Below are positions 10,728 to 20,000 of a DNA stretch of 20,000 nt, one piece after another. How positions within the stretch are numbered: the stretch's first letter is position 1; each line of letters opens with the position of its first letter. This stretch comes from Chiloscyllium plagiosum (taxonomy: Eukaryota), in assembly GCF_004010195.1 (NCBI RefSeq), contig NC_057755.1:11058385-11078384 (forward strand). Direction: 5' to 3'. Made by a program: the position numbers and the translations under genes. Below the pieces are notes generated by a model, which ran no database searches, was not told the DNA's origin, and saw nothing but the letters and a program-made list of their open reading frames with translations.

Positions 10728-11430
10728 CCTCACCCACTTAGCACACAGTCCTCTTAGCTATCTACCACCTTACCTACATGGCACACTATCCCCTTACCTA
10801 CCTGTCTACCACCTTACCTACATGGCACACTATCCCCTTACCTACCTGTCCACCACCTTACCCACTTGGCGCACTATCCCCTTACCTACCTGTCCACCAC
10901 CTTACCCACTTGGCGCACTATCCACTTACCTACCTATCTACTACCACCTTACCCACTTGGCACACTATTCCCTTACCTACCTGTCTACCACCTTAACCAC
11001 TTGGAACACTATCCCTTTACCTACCTGTCTACCACCTTACCCACCTAGAACACTATCCCCTTACCTACCAATCTACCACCTTACCCACCTGGCATATTAT
11101 CCTCTTTCCTACCTGTCCACCACTTTACCCACTTGGCACACTATCCCCTTACCTACCTGTCCACCACCTTACCCACTTGGCACACTACCCCTTACCTACC
11201 TGTCCACTATCTTACCCACCTGGCACACTATACCCTTACCTACCTGTCCACCACCTTACCCACCTGGCACACTATCCCCTTACCTACCTGTCCACCACCT
11301 TACCTACATGGCACACTATCCCCGTACCTACCTATCTACTACCACTTTACCCATTTGGCACACTATCTCCTTACATACCTACTACCACCTTACCCATTTG
11401 GGCACACTATCCCCTTACCTGCCTGGCACA
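10728..11430 (+). repeat. 44-bp minisatellite (GGCACACTATCCCCTTACCTACCTGTCCACCACCTTACCCACTT)
   Basis: About 15 tandem units; explains the repetitive HYPLTYLSTTLPTW ORFs. Confidence 0.96.
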
Positions 11431-11545
11431 TCACTCCCTTCCCTCGCCACCTTCCAGTCTACCTCTGGAGTTTTGCAACAGTCAGCCGCTGTATGAGCCA
11501 AAGGGATGCAGGAACTTCAGGACTGATATCAGGAAGTTCTTAATG

Positions 11546-11867
11546 TCATCGAATCCCAACATTGCAGAAAGAGGCCATTTGGTCCATCAAGTCTGCACTG
11601 ACCCTCTGCAGAGCAGCCTACTCAGTCCCAGTCAGCCCACCCTATCCCTGCAACCCTGTGTTTCCCATGGCTAACCTCGCCTGCACATCCCCGGACACTA
11701 TGGGACATTTTAGCACCACCAATCTACCTAAGCTGCATGTCTTTGGAGGAAACCGGAGCACCCGGAGGAAAGCCACGCAGACACGGAGAGGATGTGCAAA
11801 CTCCAGATAGACAGTCGCCTGAGGCTGGGATCGAACCTGGGCGAGAGTGAGGTGAGGCAGCTGCACT
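11546..11867 (-). mobile_element. HE1-type V-SINE
   Basis: Minus strand: B box GGTTCGATCCC, V-domain GGAGTTTGCACATCCTCTCCGTGTCTGCGTGGCTTTCCTCCGGGTGCTCCGGTTTCCTCC, CR1-like tail GGACCAAATGGCCT. Confidence 0.85.
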
Positions 11868-12032
11868 CATGAAATGTCCTGGGAAAACTGCAGCTTGTCA
11901 TCGGCAGATGAATTAAAATGATTCAAGAAGTCTTAACGCACCAAAAATGACAGATGGTTTATTTTCTATGAACTACAACTAATAACATCTGTTTTTGTTA
12001 ATAGGAGCTCATCTACCTATTATTGGGATTCA

Positions 12033-12145
12033 GAGTTTGGGAGAAGATTTGTAGCTCAGGTGCTCGTTGCTGTGGTTCTGTTCGCCGAGCTGGGAATTTG
12101 TGTATTCAGCACACAAATTCCCAGCTCGGCGAACAGAACCACAGC
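12033..12145. mobile_element. Short fold-back insertion (probably Penelope-derived) with a 36-bp perfect inverted repeat and an 11-bp flanking direct repeat
   Basis: Arms 12068-12103 and 12111-12146; ATTGGGATTCA at 12022-12032 and 12146-12156. Confidence 0.75.
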
Positions 12146-12559
12146 ATTGGGATTCAAAACTGAGGATTTGAAGGATTGAGAGCTGAGTTGATTTGGCCAG
12201 GGTAAAGAGGCATAATTCAATCCCCATTTTAGAATTATACACTGCCATCATTCAAGCATTCCATAAATGACATGGTCCACATTCAGAACGGAAATTGTTT
12301 AAGTCAGTTTTTCACGTTGCAATCTCACCCCCTGTCACCAAGAGCGGGGTATAATCTGGCTGTGACAATTTCCGTTATAAATATTGAGTGTAGTAGTTAA
12401 CACTGGAAAATGGTGAATGTTTTGGTATTTGAGGGGACACATCGCATCCCAGAAATGATGTGAATGAGGAGGTGAGAGATTGAGGACAACGAAACAATTA
12501 AACCTCGAGAAAGGGGGACTGAAGAAAGTAATTGGAATTCTAATTCCCCCAGGCCCCGA

Positions 12560-12640
12560 GATGGTGCCAGACCTGCTGAGTTCCTCCAGCAATTCCAGTA
12601 TTTGTTTCCGAACTCCAGCCTCCGCAGTTCTCTGATTGAT
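12560..12640 (-). mobile_element. Shark Penelope-associated short repeat fragment
   Basis: Reverse complement GAACTGCGGAGGCTGGAG..GAAACAAA..GAATTGCTGGAGGAACTCAGCAGGTCTGGCACCATC resembles 18030-18115. Confidence 0.5.
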
Positions 12641-12669
12641 TTGCGAAGTAGATGGTGTCGGGTTTTAGC

Positions 12670-12886
12670 TTTTGTAGATTCTGGATACTTCCCACCCTTT
12701 GGAAAATAGCAAAACTCCTTCATTTAAGAAAGAAGGAGGCAGGAAGCAGGAGAAGATAGGCCAGTTAGCTGAAGATGTGTCTTCGAAAAAAATGCCAGAT
12801 TCTTTTATTAAGGAGGAGACAGCAGGGCAGTGAGAAAACGTTCATGTTATCAGGTGGTGTCTGATTTAGTCTCGATGGTTTTGTGA
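12670..12886 (+). mobile_element. Decayed CR1 LINE RT fragment, 5' part of an interrupted copy
   Basis: Frameshifted remnants of WKIAN.TP.FKKG..K...RPVSL...K....IKE....SQHGFV. Confidence 0.7.
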
Positions 12887-13944
12887 CCGATTGCTAAACT
12901 TAGTGATCTCGGACTAAGCTCCACTCTCAGCAGCTGGATCCTCAGTTTCCTGACCCACAGGCCACAATCAGTGAAGATTGGGGACAATATTTCATCGACA
13001 CTAACACTCAACACTGGAGCCCCCCCAAGGGGTGCGTACTCAGCCCCCCACTGTACTCACTGTATACCCATGACTGTGTCGCCAAACACCAGACCAATGC
13101 CATGTATAAGTTCTCTGATGACACCACCACAGTTGGTCGAATCTCAGATGGCGACGAAACAGACTACAGGCTGGAGGTGGAAGACCTGGAAAAATGGTGC
13201 ACTCAGAACAACCCAGCAAAACCAAGGAACCCATTATTGACTTTCAGCGGGATGTTATTCATGCCCCCCCTACACATTAACAGCACAGAGGTGGACCGAG
13301 TGGACAGTGTCAAGCTCCTGGGAGTGGTCATCCACAACGAGCTTTCTTGGACTCTTCATGTGGACATTCTGTTTACAAAGGCCCAACAACGTCTCTTCTT
13401 CCTCAGGCAGCTGAGGGAATTTGGGCATGACGGCGAATGCCCTCGCCAACTTTTATAGGTGCACCATCGAGAGCATTCTGTCTGGATGTATCACTACCTG
13501 GTATGGCAACTGTACCATTCAAGATCAGAGACAGTTACAGAGAGGGGTGAACTCGGCCCGGACAATCACAAAGGCCAACCTCCCCATCTATAGAATCCAT
13601 CTCCCAGTCCTGCTGTCAAGGAAAGGCCGCCAGCATTCTCAAAGATCCATCCCACCCTGGCAATGTTTTTCTACAACCTCTCCAATCGGGGAGAAGGTAC
13701 AGAAGCCTGAACACACCCACCAGCCGGTTTCACAACAGTTTGTACCCCACTGTTGGTAGAATACTGAATGGACTCACAAACTCTCAACATTCGCCTGGAC
13801 CTGTGTTTCTGATTTTGCCGCTGTTTACCTATTATTTACTATCTACGCTACTTAACTCTGTGATCTGCCTGTATTGCTCGCAAGACAAAGCTTTTCACTG
13901 TGCGTCAGTACACGTGACAATAAATTCAATTCAATTCAATTCAA
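12887..13944 (+). mobile_element. 5'-truncated Rex1/Babar-clade LINE, frameshifted
   Basis: [29 protein letters not shown] (FADD), KAQQRLFFLRQL, FYRCTIESILSGCITTWYGNC; AATAAA at 13919 followed by a (TTCAA)4 tail at 13925-13944. Confidence 0.9.
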
Positions 13945-14100
13945 ATTTGATAAACATACTGAGATTTCTTTGTGAGGAATTAACACACAGTGTGGGTAAT
14001 GGCATCTTATGGATGTGCTGTAATTGGATTTCTAGAAAGGATTTGACAAGGTGCCACACAAAAGGTACAGTTTGAAATCAGCTGATGGTGCAGGGGTTAA
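13945..14100 (+). mobile_element. Decayed CR1 LINE RT fragment, 3' continuation after the Rex1 insertion
   Basis: Remnants of L.N.L.F.EE.T..V..G...DV...DF.K.FDKVPHKR. Confidence 0.75.
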
Positions 14101-14124
14101 CGTAACGCAGAGGATATGGGCCTG

Positions 14125-14920
14125 TTTGATTTGATTTATTGCCACGTGTACCTAAGTGCAGTGAAAAGCTTTGATTGTGAGCAGTACAGGCAGGTCATAG
14201 TGAGCAAGGACATAGGGTGAGGCATAAACATAGACAGCGGTGTACTAAGCGAGATCACCATTAACCAGATTATGTTGGGGAGGGGCCGGTGTTGGATTGG
14301 GGTGGGCCTATGTTAAAAATCACACAACACCAGGATAGAATCCAAATAAACCTGTTGGACTATAACCTGGTGTTTTTAACATGAACAAGAGCAGCATTAT
14401 TTGAAGTTAGAGAGTCCAAACATCAGGCTGATAACGGCTGCGGGGGGGGGGGGGGGATGCTGTTCCTGAACCTACTGGAACGTGTGTTCAAGCTTCTGTA
14501 TCTCCTGTCTAACAGAACAATTGGAGGACAGCATGACCCGGCTGCGTTGGGTCTTTGATGATGCTGGCAGTGTCTCTGCGGCTGTGAGCCGTGTAAATGG
14601 AGTCCGTGGAAGGGAGGTTGGCTTCCAGGATGGTCTGGGCTGTGCACAAGACCATCTGTAGTTTCTTAGAGTCCTGGGCTGAGCCGTTGCCACACCAGGC
14701 GGGTGATGCACCTGGACAGTGTGGTTTCTGTGGTGCCTCTGTTGGGGTAAGGAGGAGCTGCAGTCGATGAGCGGTTAGTTTGTAGTGACCCCGCTTGAGT
14801 GTCCTTGCTGTCCAGGTAATTCAGGGATGAGGGCAGGGCTAGGGAACCCGTATCCGCTGTGGACCTGCTCTGTTGGTAGGCAAATTGTAGGGAATCGAGG
14901 CAGGCTGGGAGACTGGAGTT
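14125..14920 (-). mobile_element. Internally deleted Rex1/Babar-like LINE, tail-to-tail with the + strand copy
   Basis: Minus ORF LPACLDSLQFAYQQSRSTAD..SLAL.SSL.YLDSKDT jumps to LSRCIT..; 3' tail (AAAGCTTTTCACTG..GTACACGTGGCAATAAA(TCAAA)n) matches the tail at 13887-13944. Confidence 0.8.
14285..14380. mobile_element. Short fold-back repeat (Penelope-associated) nested in the minus-strand Rex1 3' region
   Basis: GTTAAAAA..AACACCAGG.TAG ... CTATAACCTGGTGTTTTTAAC imperfect inverted arms; family recalled from shark genomes. Confidence 0.55.
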
Positions 14921-15006
14921 TAGAATTCCTACTGTGTGGAAATAGGCCCTTTGGCCCCACACCAAACCTCCCAAGTGTAACCCACCCAGACCTATTCCCC
15001 TACCCT
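14921..15006 (-). mobile_element. 3' tail fragment of an HE1 SINE
   Basis: Similar to the reverse complement of 16990-17080 (GGAAATAGGCCCTTTGGCCC, CCCACCCAGACC.ATTCCCCTACCC). Confidence 0.7.
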
Positions 15007-15009
15007 GGG

Positions 15010-15220
15010 GTGACGGTGTGGAGTTTGCCCATTCTCCCCGAACCAGCGTGGGTTTCCTCTGGGTGCTCTCATTCTCTTCCACACTCCAAAGGTATGGAGG
15101 TTAGGCTGGCTAAGTCCTGGGGAAACGCAGGGTTACTGGGATAGGGTAGGAGGGGGTGGGATGCTCTTTGGAGGGTGAGTGTGAACTCAATGGGCCAAAT
15201 GGCCTATGCTGTAGGGATCC
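15010..15220 (+). mobile_element. 5'-truncated HE1-type V-SINE
   Basis: V-domain GTGTGGAGTTTGCCCATTCTCCCC..GCGTGGGTTTCCTCTGGGTGCTC and tail GGGCCAAATGGCCT..CTGTAGGGAT. Confidence 0.8.
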
Positions 15221-15460
15221 AAGACTCCTACCCGGCTATGGGCCATATCCAATGAATATTGAAAAAGATTTTGATCAGAGATCAGGAGAGTGGCTAATTC
15301 TAACTGCCAGGAACCAGGTCAGGATAGAGAGATGTGTGGCTGTTTTCAGTGTGCTCTGCTCCCAGCTCCTAACCATAGGTAGCATTCCGTAGCTCCTGGG
15401 ACTGGGGACACACTCCCTGCTTTAGAGAAGGACTTGGCCAGCAGTTATGTTGCAGTGACC

Positions 15461-15740
15461 CCAACGTGATGGGGCTAGTACAGGCACCACCAGGAAGGCC
15501 GAACAGCCACGTGACTCCAACGTGATGGGGCTAGTACAGGCACTACCAGGAAGGCCGAACAGCCACGTGACTCCAACGTGATGGGGCTAGTACAGGCACC
15601 ACCAGGAAGGCCGAACAGCCACGTGACTCTAACGTGATGGGGCTAGTACAGGCACCACCAGGAAGGCCGAACAGCCACGTGACTCCAACGTGATGGGGCT
15701 AGTACAGGCACCACCAGGAAGGCCGAACAGCCACATGACT
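15461..15740 (+). repeat. 56-bp tandem repeat, 5 nearly perfect copies
   Basis: CCAACGTGATGGGGCTAGTACAGGCACCACCAGGAAGGCCGAACAGCCACGTGACT starting at 15461, 15517, 15573, 15629 and 15685. Confidence 0.98.
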
Positions 15741-15981
15741 TTGTGGAGGGCCTGCTGAAGTAAATCTACCGAACGGAAGGAGGTTCGGCCAGTCCTGCTG
15801 TGCCTACTCTTCCCATTAGGCTTCACTTTACCCTCCTCCTCAGTCACTCCACATGCTGACCTCATGCTCGGGTTCACCCGTCACTCTGGTTTGAACCCTT
15901 CGAGTACAGGCCGCTTGCTAACCTCCCTGCCAGCGACAGGTATAGGGAAGGTTTCGAGGGGTTTGGGGGCAATAGGGTCCA

Positions 15982-16275
15982 AGAGATGTACATCACGGAA
16001 ACAGACCCTTCGGTCCAACCCATCCATGATATCCCAACCCAATCTAGTCCCACCCGCCAGCACCCGGCCCACATCCCTCCAAACCCTTCCTATTCATGTA
16101 CCCATCCAAATGCCTCTTAAATGTTGCAATTGTACCAGCCTCCACCACTTCCTCTGGCAGCTCATTCCATACACGTACCACCCTCTGCGTGAAAAAGTTG
16201 CCCCTTACGTCTCCTTTTAAATATTTTCCCTCTCACCTTAATCATTTGCCCTCTAGCTTTAGATTCCGCTAACCT
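15982..16275 (-). mobile_element. HER1/CR1 LINE 3' end
   Basis: Near reverse complement of ~17375-17645; encodes FTQRVVRVWNELPEEVVEAGTI on the minus strand. Confidence 0.9.
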
Positions 16276-16289
16276 GGGGGAAAAGTCTT

Positions 16290-16745
16290 CACTACCTGTG
16301 ACTCCACTTTCAAGGAGCTATGCATCTGCATGCCTAAGTCTCAGCAACACTCCCCAGGGCCCTACCATTAACTATATAAGTCCTGTCCTGATTTGCATTG
16401 ACAAAACGCAACTTCTCACATTTATCTAAATTAAATTCCATGTGCCATTCCTCAGCTGTTTGGCCCAACTGACCAAGGTCCCGTTTTGCACTGAGATAAC
16501 CTTCTTCATTGTCCACCACACCTCCAATTCTGGTGCTATCTGCATACCTCCTAAATTCACATCAAAGTTATTTATATAAATGACAAAAAGCAGTGGACCC
16601 TTCATTGATCCTTGCGGTACACCGCTGGTCACAAATCTCCAGTCGAAAAGCAGTCTCCATCAACATCCCCTGTTTTAGACCTGCAAGATAGTTTTATATC
16701 CATTTGGCTAGCTCCCACATGGATTCCTGAACCACTATGCTGGCA
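16290..16745 (-). mobile_element. Decayed CR1 LINE RT fragment
   Basis: Minus ORFs TSGVPQGS..GPLLFVIYIN and DNEEGY....RDL.QL...AEEW.MEFNLDKCE. Confidence 0.88.
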
Positions 16746-16751
16746 GGCTAT

Positions 16752-17090
16752 GGAGAACACAATGGCTCAGTGGTTAGCACTGCTAACTCAGCGCCAGGGA
16801 CCCAGGTTCAATTCCTGCCTTGGGTGGCTGTGTGTGTGGAGTTTGTACATTCTCCCTGTGTCTGCATGGGTTTCCTCTGGCTGTTCCAGTTTCCTCCCAC
16901 AGTCCAAAGGTGTGCAGGTTTGGTGAATTGGCCATGCTAAATTGCCTGTAGTGTTAGGTGGATTAGTCAGGGGTAAATGTAGAATAATAGGGTAGGAGAA
17001 ATGAGTCTGGGTGGGTTGCTCTTCTGAGGATCAATGTGGACTAGTTGGGCCGAAGGGCCTGTTTCCACACTGTAAGGAACCTAATCTAAA
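16752..17090 (+). mobile_element. Near full-length HE1 V-SINE (tRNA-derived head, V-domain, HER1-like tail)
   Basis: A box TGGCTCAGTGG 16763-16773, B box GGTTCAATTCC 16805-16815, V-domain ~16830-16915, tail GGGCCGAAGGGCCTGTTTCCACACTGTA shared with the CR1 3' end at ~17608-17635. Confidence 0.9.
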
Positions 17091-17152
17091 CATCAACCAA
17101 TTCTGGTCTGTGCACAAACATTTTTGTCAGAACGTACAGAATAACAATCAAT

Positions 17153-17650
17153 CGTGAAACTTGGAAGGTTTCAGAAAAGATTTACAAGGTTGTTGCCAGG
17201 GTTGGAGGATTTGAGCTACAGGGAGAGGCTGAACAGGCTGGGGCTGTTTTCCCTGGAGCGTCGGAGCTGAGGGGTGACCTTATAGAGGTTTACAAAATTA
17301 GGAGGGGCATGGATAGGATAAATAGACAAAGTCTTTTCCCTGGGGTCGGGGAGCCCAGAACTAGAGGGCCTAGGTTTAGGGTGAGAGGGGAAAAATATAA
17401 AAGAGACCTAAGGGGCAACGTTTTCACGCACAGGGTGGTATGTGTATGGAATGAGCTGCCAGAGGGTGTGGTGAAGGCTGGTACAATTGCAAAATTGAAC
17501 AGGCATCTGGATGGGTATATGACGAGGAAGGGTTTGGAGGGATATGGGCCGGGTGCTGGCAGGTGGGACTAGATTGGGTTGGGATATCGGGTCGGCATGG
17601 ACGGGTTGGGCCGAAGGGTCTGTTTCCGCGCTGTAACATCTCGATGACTG
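17153..17650 (+). mobile_element. HER1/CR1 LINE 3' end (5'-truncated)
   Basis: KRFTRLLPGLEDLSYRERLNRLGLFSLERR.LRGDLIEVYKI, then FTHRVVCVWNELPE; CR1 tail. Confidence 0.92.
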
Positions 17651-17689
17651 TGTGGTTGATCCAACACTCCTCATGCTGACATTCCTTGA

Positions 17690-17815
17690 TCCTGAATCCC
17701 TGACTGAAGAAGTCGATCAGCCATATAATAACAGTGGCTCCAAGAGCAGGTCAAAGGCTGGGCATTCTCTGGTGCGTAACTCACGTCCCGGGTCCCCAAA
17801 GCCTGTCCACTACCC
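17690..17815 (+). mobile_element. Short decayed LINE ORF2 fragment (CR1/L2 group)
   Basis: Remnant SHI..VA.RAGQRLGIL..VTH...PQSLST. Confidence 0.55.
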
Positions 17816-18029
17816 ATGGGTGGTCCGCTGTCCTGCTTTGGTCGTTCCTGCCTGTTCAGGAAGTGAGCTCCAAAGATTCCCGATCTTCCCATTGAACGGT
17901 TTTCCCCTCTTCTCTGCTTCCAATGGGTGACACCTGACTTATTAATTCCCTCGGTGCAGATTCCCTGCCCAGACCGAGTATCCTCTCCACCTCTACGCAG
18001 TCCGCACTGCTCGAAACTCTCAGCTCAGA

Positions 18030-18190
18030 CAGAGGACGGCGGCTGCTGGAAATCTGAAACCCGAAAAAGCCCCGAAATTGCTGCAGAAGCTCTGCAGAAA
18101 CTGGCAGCATCTGTGGAGAAGAGAGAAAGCTGAAATGTTGGCTGGGACCTGCCGAGTACCTCCTGCAAAGTCTGTCTTTACCTCAGGCTT
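18030..18190. mobile_element. Decayed fold-back short repeat related to 12560-12640
   Basis: GCTGGAAATCTGAAAC..GAAATTGCTGCAGAAGCTC.GCAG...CTGGCAGCATCTGTGGAG, followed by a partial inverse arm GACCTGCCGAGTACCTCCTGCAA. Confidence 0.5.
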
Positions 18191-18199
18191 CTCTAAGTT

Positions 18200-18612
18200 T
18201 CAGTAGAGTATCCTCTCACCCTCCTCAGCTCCAGTGGATTCAGGCCTACCACATCTAGCCATTGCTCACATGAGAACCTGCCCATTCCAGGCTTCCAGAG
18301 AGCGAGGGAAGTGAGAAGTATGTACATTCTGAAAGGTGACATGGTGGCTCACTGGCTCGCTGTGCTGCCTGCTATAGACCAGGCCTGACCCCCTCAAAAT
18401 AATTCAGAAGGTCAACCCTAAAGTTTTCTTATTTTGAAGGTAGATGGGAAGTGGGTGCACGGCTTTAAGCAACCGCACGGCTTTAAGCAACTGCACAGTT
18501 TTAAGCAACATACCTTTTAAAATGCAAACAAAGGGAAAGCAGAATTCTGGGAAACCTTTTCTGAACAGCTCTGCTGCACTAAAGTGACCAAATCTACTCA
18601 CACTCCTCAAGA
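18200..18612 (-). mobile_element. Decayed CR1 fragment interrupted by a 245-bp insert
   Basis: CCCATTCCAGG at ~18282-18291 and CTGGGAAACCTTTTCTGAAC...GACCAAA after 18547 read as contiguous minus-strand CR1 sequence. Confidence 0.55.
18303..18547 (+). repeat. 245-bp direct duplication, copy 1 (partner 19253-19497)
   Basis: Two mismatches seen by eye; offset 950 bp; contains 3 x 18-bp GCACGGCTTTAAGCAAC-type units at 18456-18509. Confidence 0.97.
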
Positions 18613-18614
18613 TT

Positions 18615-18921
18615 ATAGAAATCCTACAGGCCCTTCGGCCCAGCAAACCCACATCGACCCTCCAAACGATATCCCACCCAGACCCATTCCCCTATTACTC
18701 TACATTTCCTCCTGACTAATGCACCTACCCTACACTATGGGTAATTTGGCACAGCCAATTCACCTGACCTGCACATCTTTGGACTGTGGGAGGAAACCGG
18801 AACACCCGGAGGAAACCCTCACAGACACAGGGGGAGAATGTGCAAACTCCACACAGACAGTCGCCCGAGGTTGGAATCGATCCTGGGTCCCTGGCGCTGT
18901 GAGGCAACACCACGCCACCCC
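18615..18921 (-). mobile_element. HE1 V-SINE
   Basis: Reverse complement similar to 16752-17090; B-box-like GGATCGATTCC, V-domain and tail. Confidence 0.9.
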
Positions 18922-19144
18922 TGTACCTCTGAAACTTGACTGACTATTCAGGTGAGTCACGCAGCAATGTGAGGATGTGCCTCTGTGGTTAGGTGACATT
19001 CCATTGTGTAGTGTAGCATAAACCACATCCGTCATTCTCTTCACTGAGGAAGTGCCCACATCCTGTCGCGCACAAAATGTCGTCGGTACAGGTAGGCCAT
19101 GTTTCAGTTCTCCTCTTTTGGATTGGAAATTTCATTAAATGATC

Positions 19145-19286
19145 ATTTGCAGAGGGTCCAAAAAGACATTTACCAGATTGCGGAACTGGAGTGTATCAAT
19201 TATCTGGAGAGTTTAGACGAGCTGGGGTTGGTTTTGTTAGTGTGTCAGAGACCGAGGGAAGTGAGAAGTATGTACATTCTGAAAGG
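19145..19286 (+). mobile_element. Decayed CR1 ORF2 C-terminal fragment
   Basis: Remnant of RVQK.FTR....LE...YLE.LD.LGL..L..R.RG....Y.ILKG; parallels ~17160-17305. Confidence 0.6.
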
Positions 19287-19497
19287 TGACATGGTGGCTC
19301 ACTGGCTCGCTGTGCTGCCTGCTATAGACCAGGCCTGACCCCCTCAAAATAATTCAGAAGGTCAGCCCTAAAGTTTTCTTATTTTGAAGGTAGATGGGAA
19401 GTGGGTGCACGGCTTTAAGCAACCGCACGGCTTTAAGCAACTGCACAGTTTTAAGCAACAAACCTTTTAAAATGCAAACAAAGGGAAAGCAGAATTC
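19253..19497 (+). repeat. 245-bp direct duplication, copy 2 (probable donor)
   Basis: Matches 18303-18547. Confidence 0.97.
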
Positions 19498-19554
19498 GGA
19501 TTAACCAAACTACTCGATAATCCTAACTGACCCGACACGCAACTTAACTTATTA

Positions 19555-19635
19555 CAGTATATACTCGAGCCGTAGTTGATCTCATGTAAAAGCCGACACC
19601 CTACTTTTGGCCAAAGTCTCCGGAATGTTCCATGC
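19555..19635 (+). mobile_element. Possible Tc2/pogo-type DNA transposon end
   Basis: TA|CAGTATATACTCGAG followed by TGTAAAAGCCGAC resembles the CCGTATATACTCGAGTATAAGCCGA terminus; no partner TIR seen. Confidence 0.4.
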
Positions 19636-19687
19636 ATCTTGTGTAAAAGTTCTTCACAGGTAACAAACCAATGTTTGTGAGCCAGGC

Positions 19688-19889
19688 TGTCGGCTTCCCG
19701 GATCCACTCCGGTCTTGTGGTCTTCCAGTCGTCCCGCTCTGCTCTGAGTCCTCCAGCCCATTGGCTGCTTGGGAGGATTTAAACTAGTTGTCGGCTTCCC
19801 GGATCCACTCCGGTCTTGTGGTCTTCCAGTCGTCCCGCTCTGCTCTGAGTCCTCCAGCCCATTGGCTGCTTGGGAGGATTTAAACTAGT
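19688..19889 (+). repeat. Perfect 101-bp tandem duplication
   Basis: 19688-19788 equals 19789-19889. Confidence 0.97.
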
Positions 19890-20000
19890 AAGGTGGGGGT
19901 GGGGGAGACCCAGGGAGGTAGTGAGGAAAGAGATTGATCTGAGACGGGTACAGCTGAGAACAGAAGTGAGTCAAACAGTCAGGGCAGGCAGGGACAAGAT
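19870..20000 (+). mobile_element. Probable CR1 LINE, ORF1-end/ORF2-start region, running off the window
   Basis: GGGAGGATTTAAACTAG followed by a G-rich spacer resembles the CR1 ORF1 terminus (EDLN*); recalled, not aligned. Confidence 0.55.

Noticed and set aside
10778..11674. Overlapping Pro/Thr/Tyr-rich ORFs
   Set aside because: 44-bp minisatellite read in three frames
12971..13759. Functional reverse transcriptase gene
   Set aside because: 5'-truncated, split over several frames, and the catalytic motif reads FSDD
16752..16825. tRNA gene
   Set aside because: The A/B boxes belong to a SINE head that continues into the V-domain; no full cloverleaf seen
18920..19100. Possible extra exon (CAG|GTGAGT near 18949, CAG|GTAGG near 19089)
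   Set aside because: Donor-like motifs without a convincing acceptor or recognisable peptide

Overview
Eukaryotic, repeat-rich vertebrate DNA, almost certainly from a shark: it carries HE1/V-SINEs, HER1/CR1 LINEs, Rex1/Babar LINEs and Penelope-type remnants, recognised from memory rather than by database search. The only host gene is the 3' end of a Deltex E3 ligase, best matching DTX4, on the + strand. It has a 90-bp penultimate exon (2155-2244, missed by the ORF track), a 5.2-kb last intron largely filled by a 69-bp minisatellite, a last coding exon (7421-7633), and a probable ~2.7-kb 3'UTR ending at tandem AATAAA signals (10362-10372). The rest is minisatellites, nested decayed retroelements, two assembly gaps and several recent local duplications. 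I see no convincing new multi-gene system. The most interesting signals are structural: a 36-bp perfect hairpin insertion flanked by an 11-bp direct repeat, a 245-bp templated copy inserted into a LINE 950 bp from its donor, a hairpin-unit array in the putative 3'UTR, a tandem E-box array, and an intronic array with a branchpoint-like motif in each unit.
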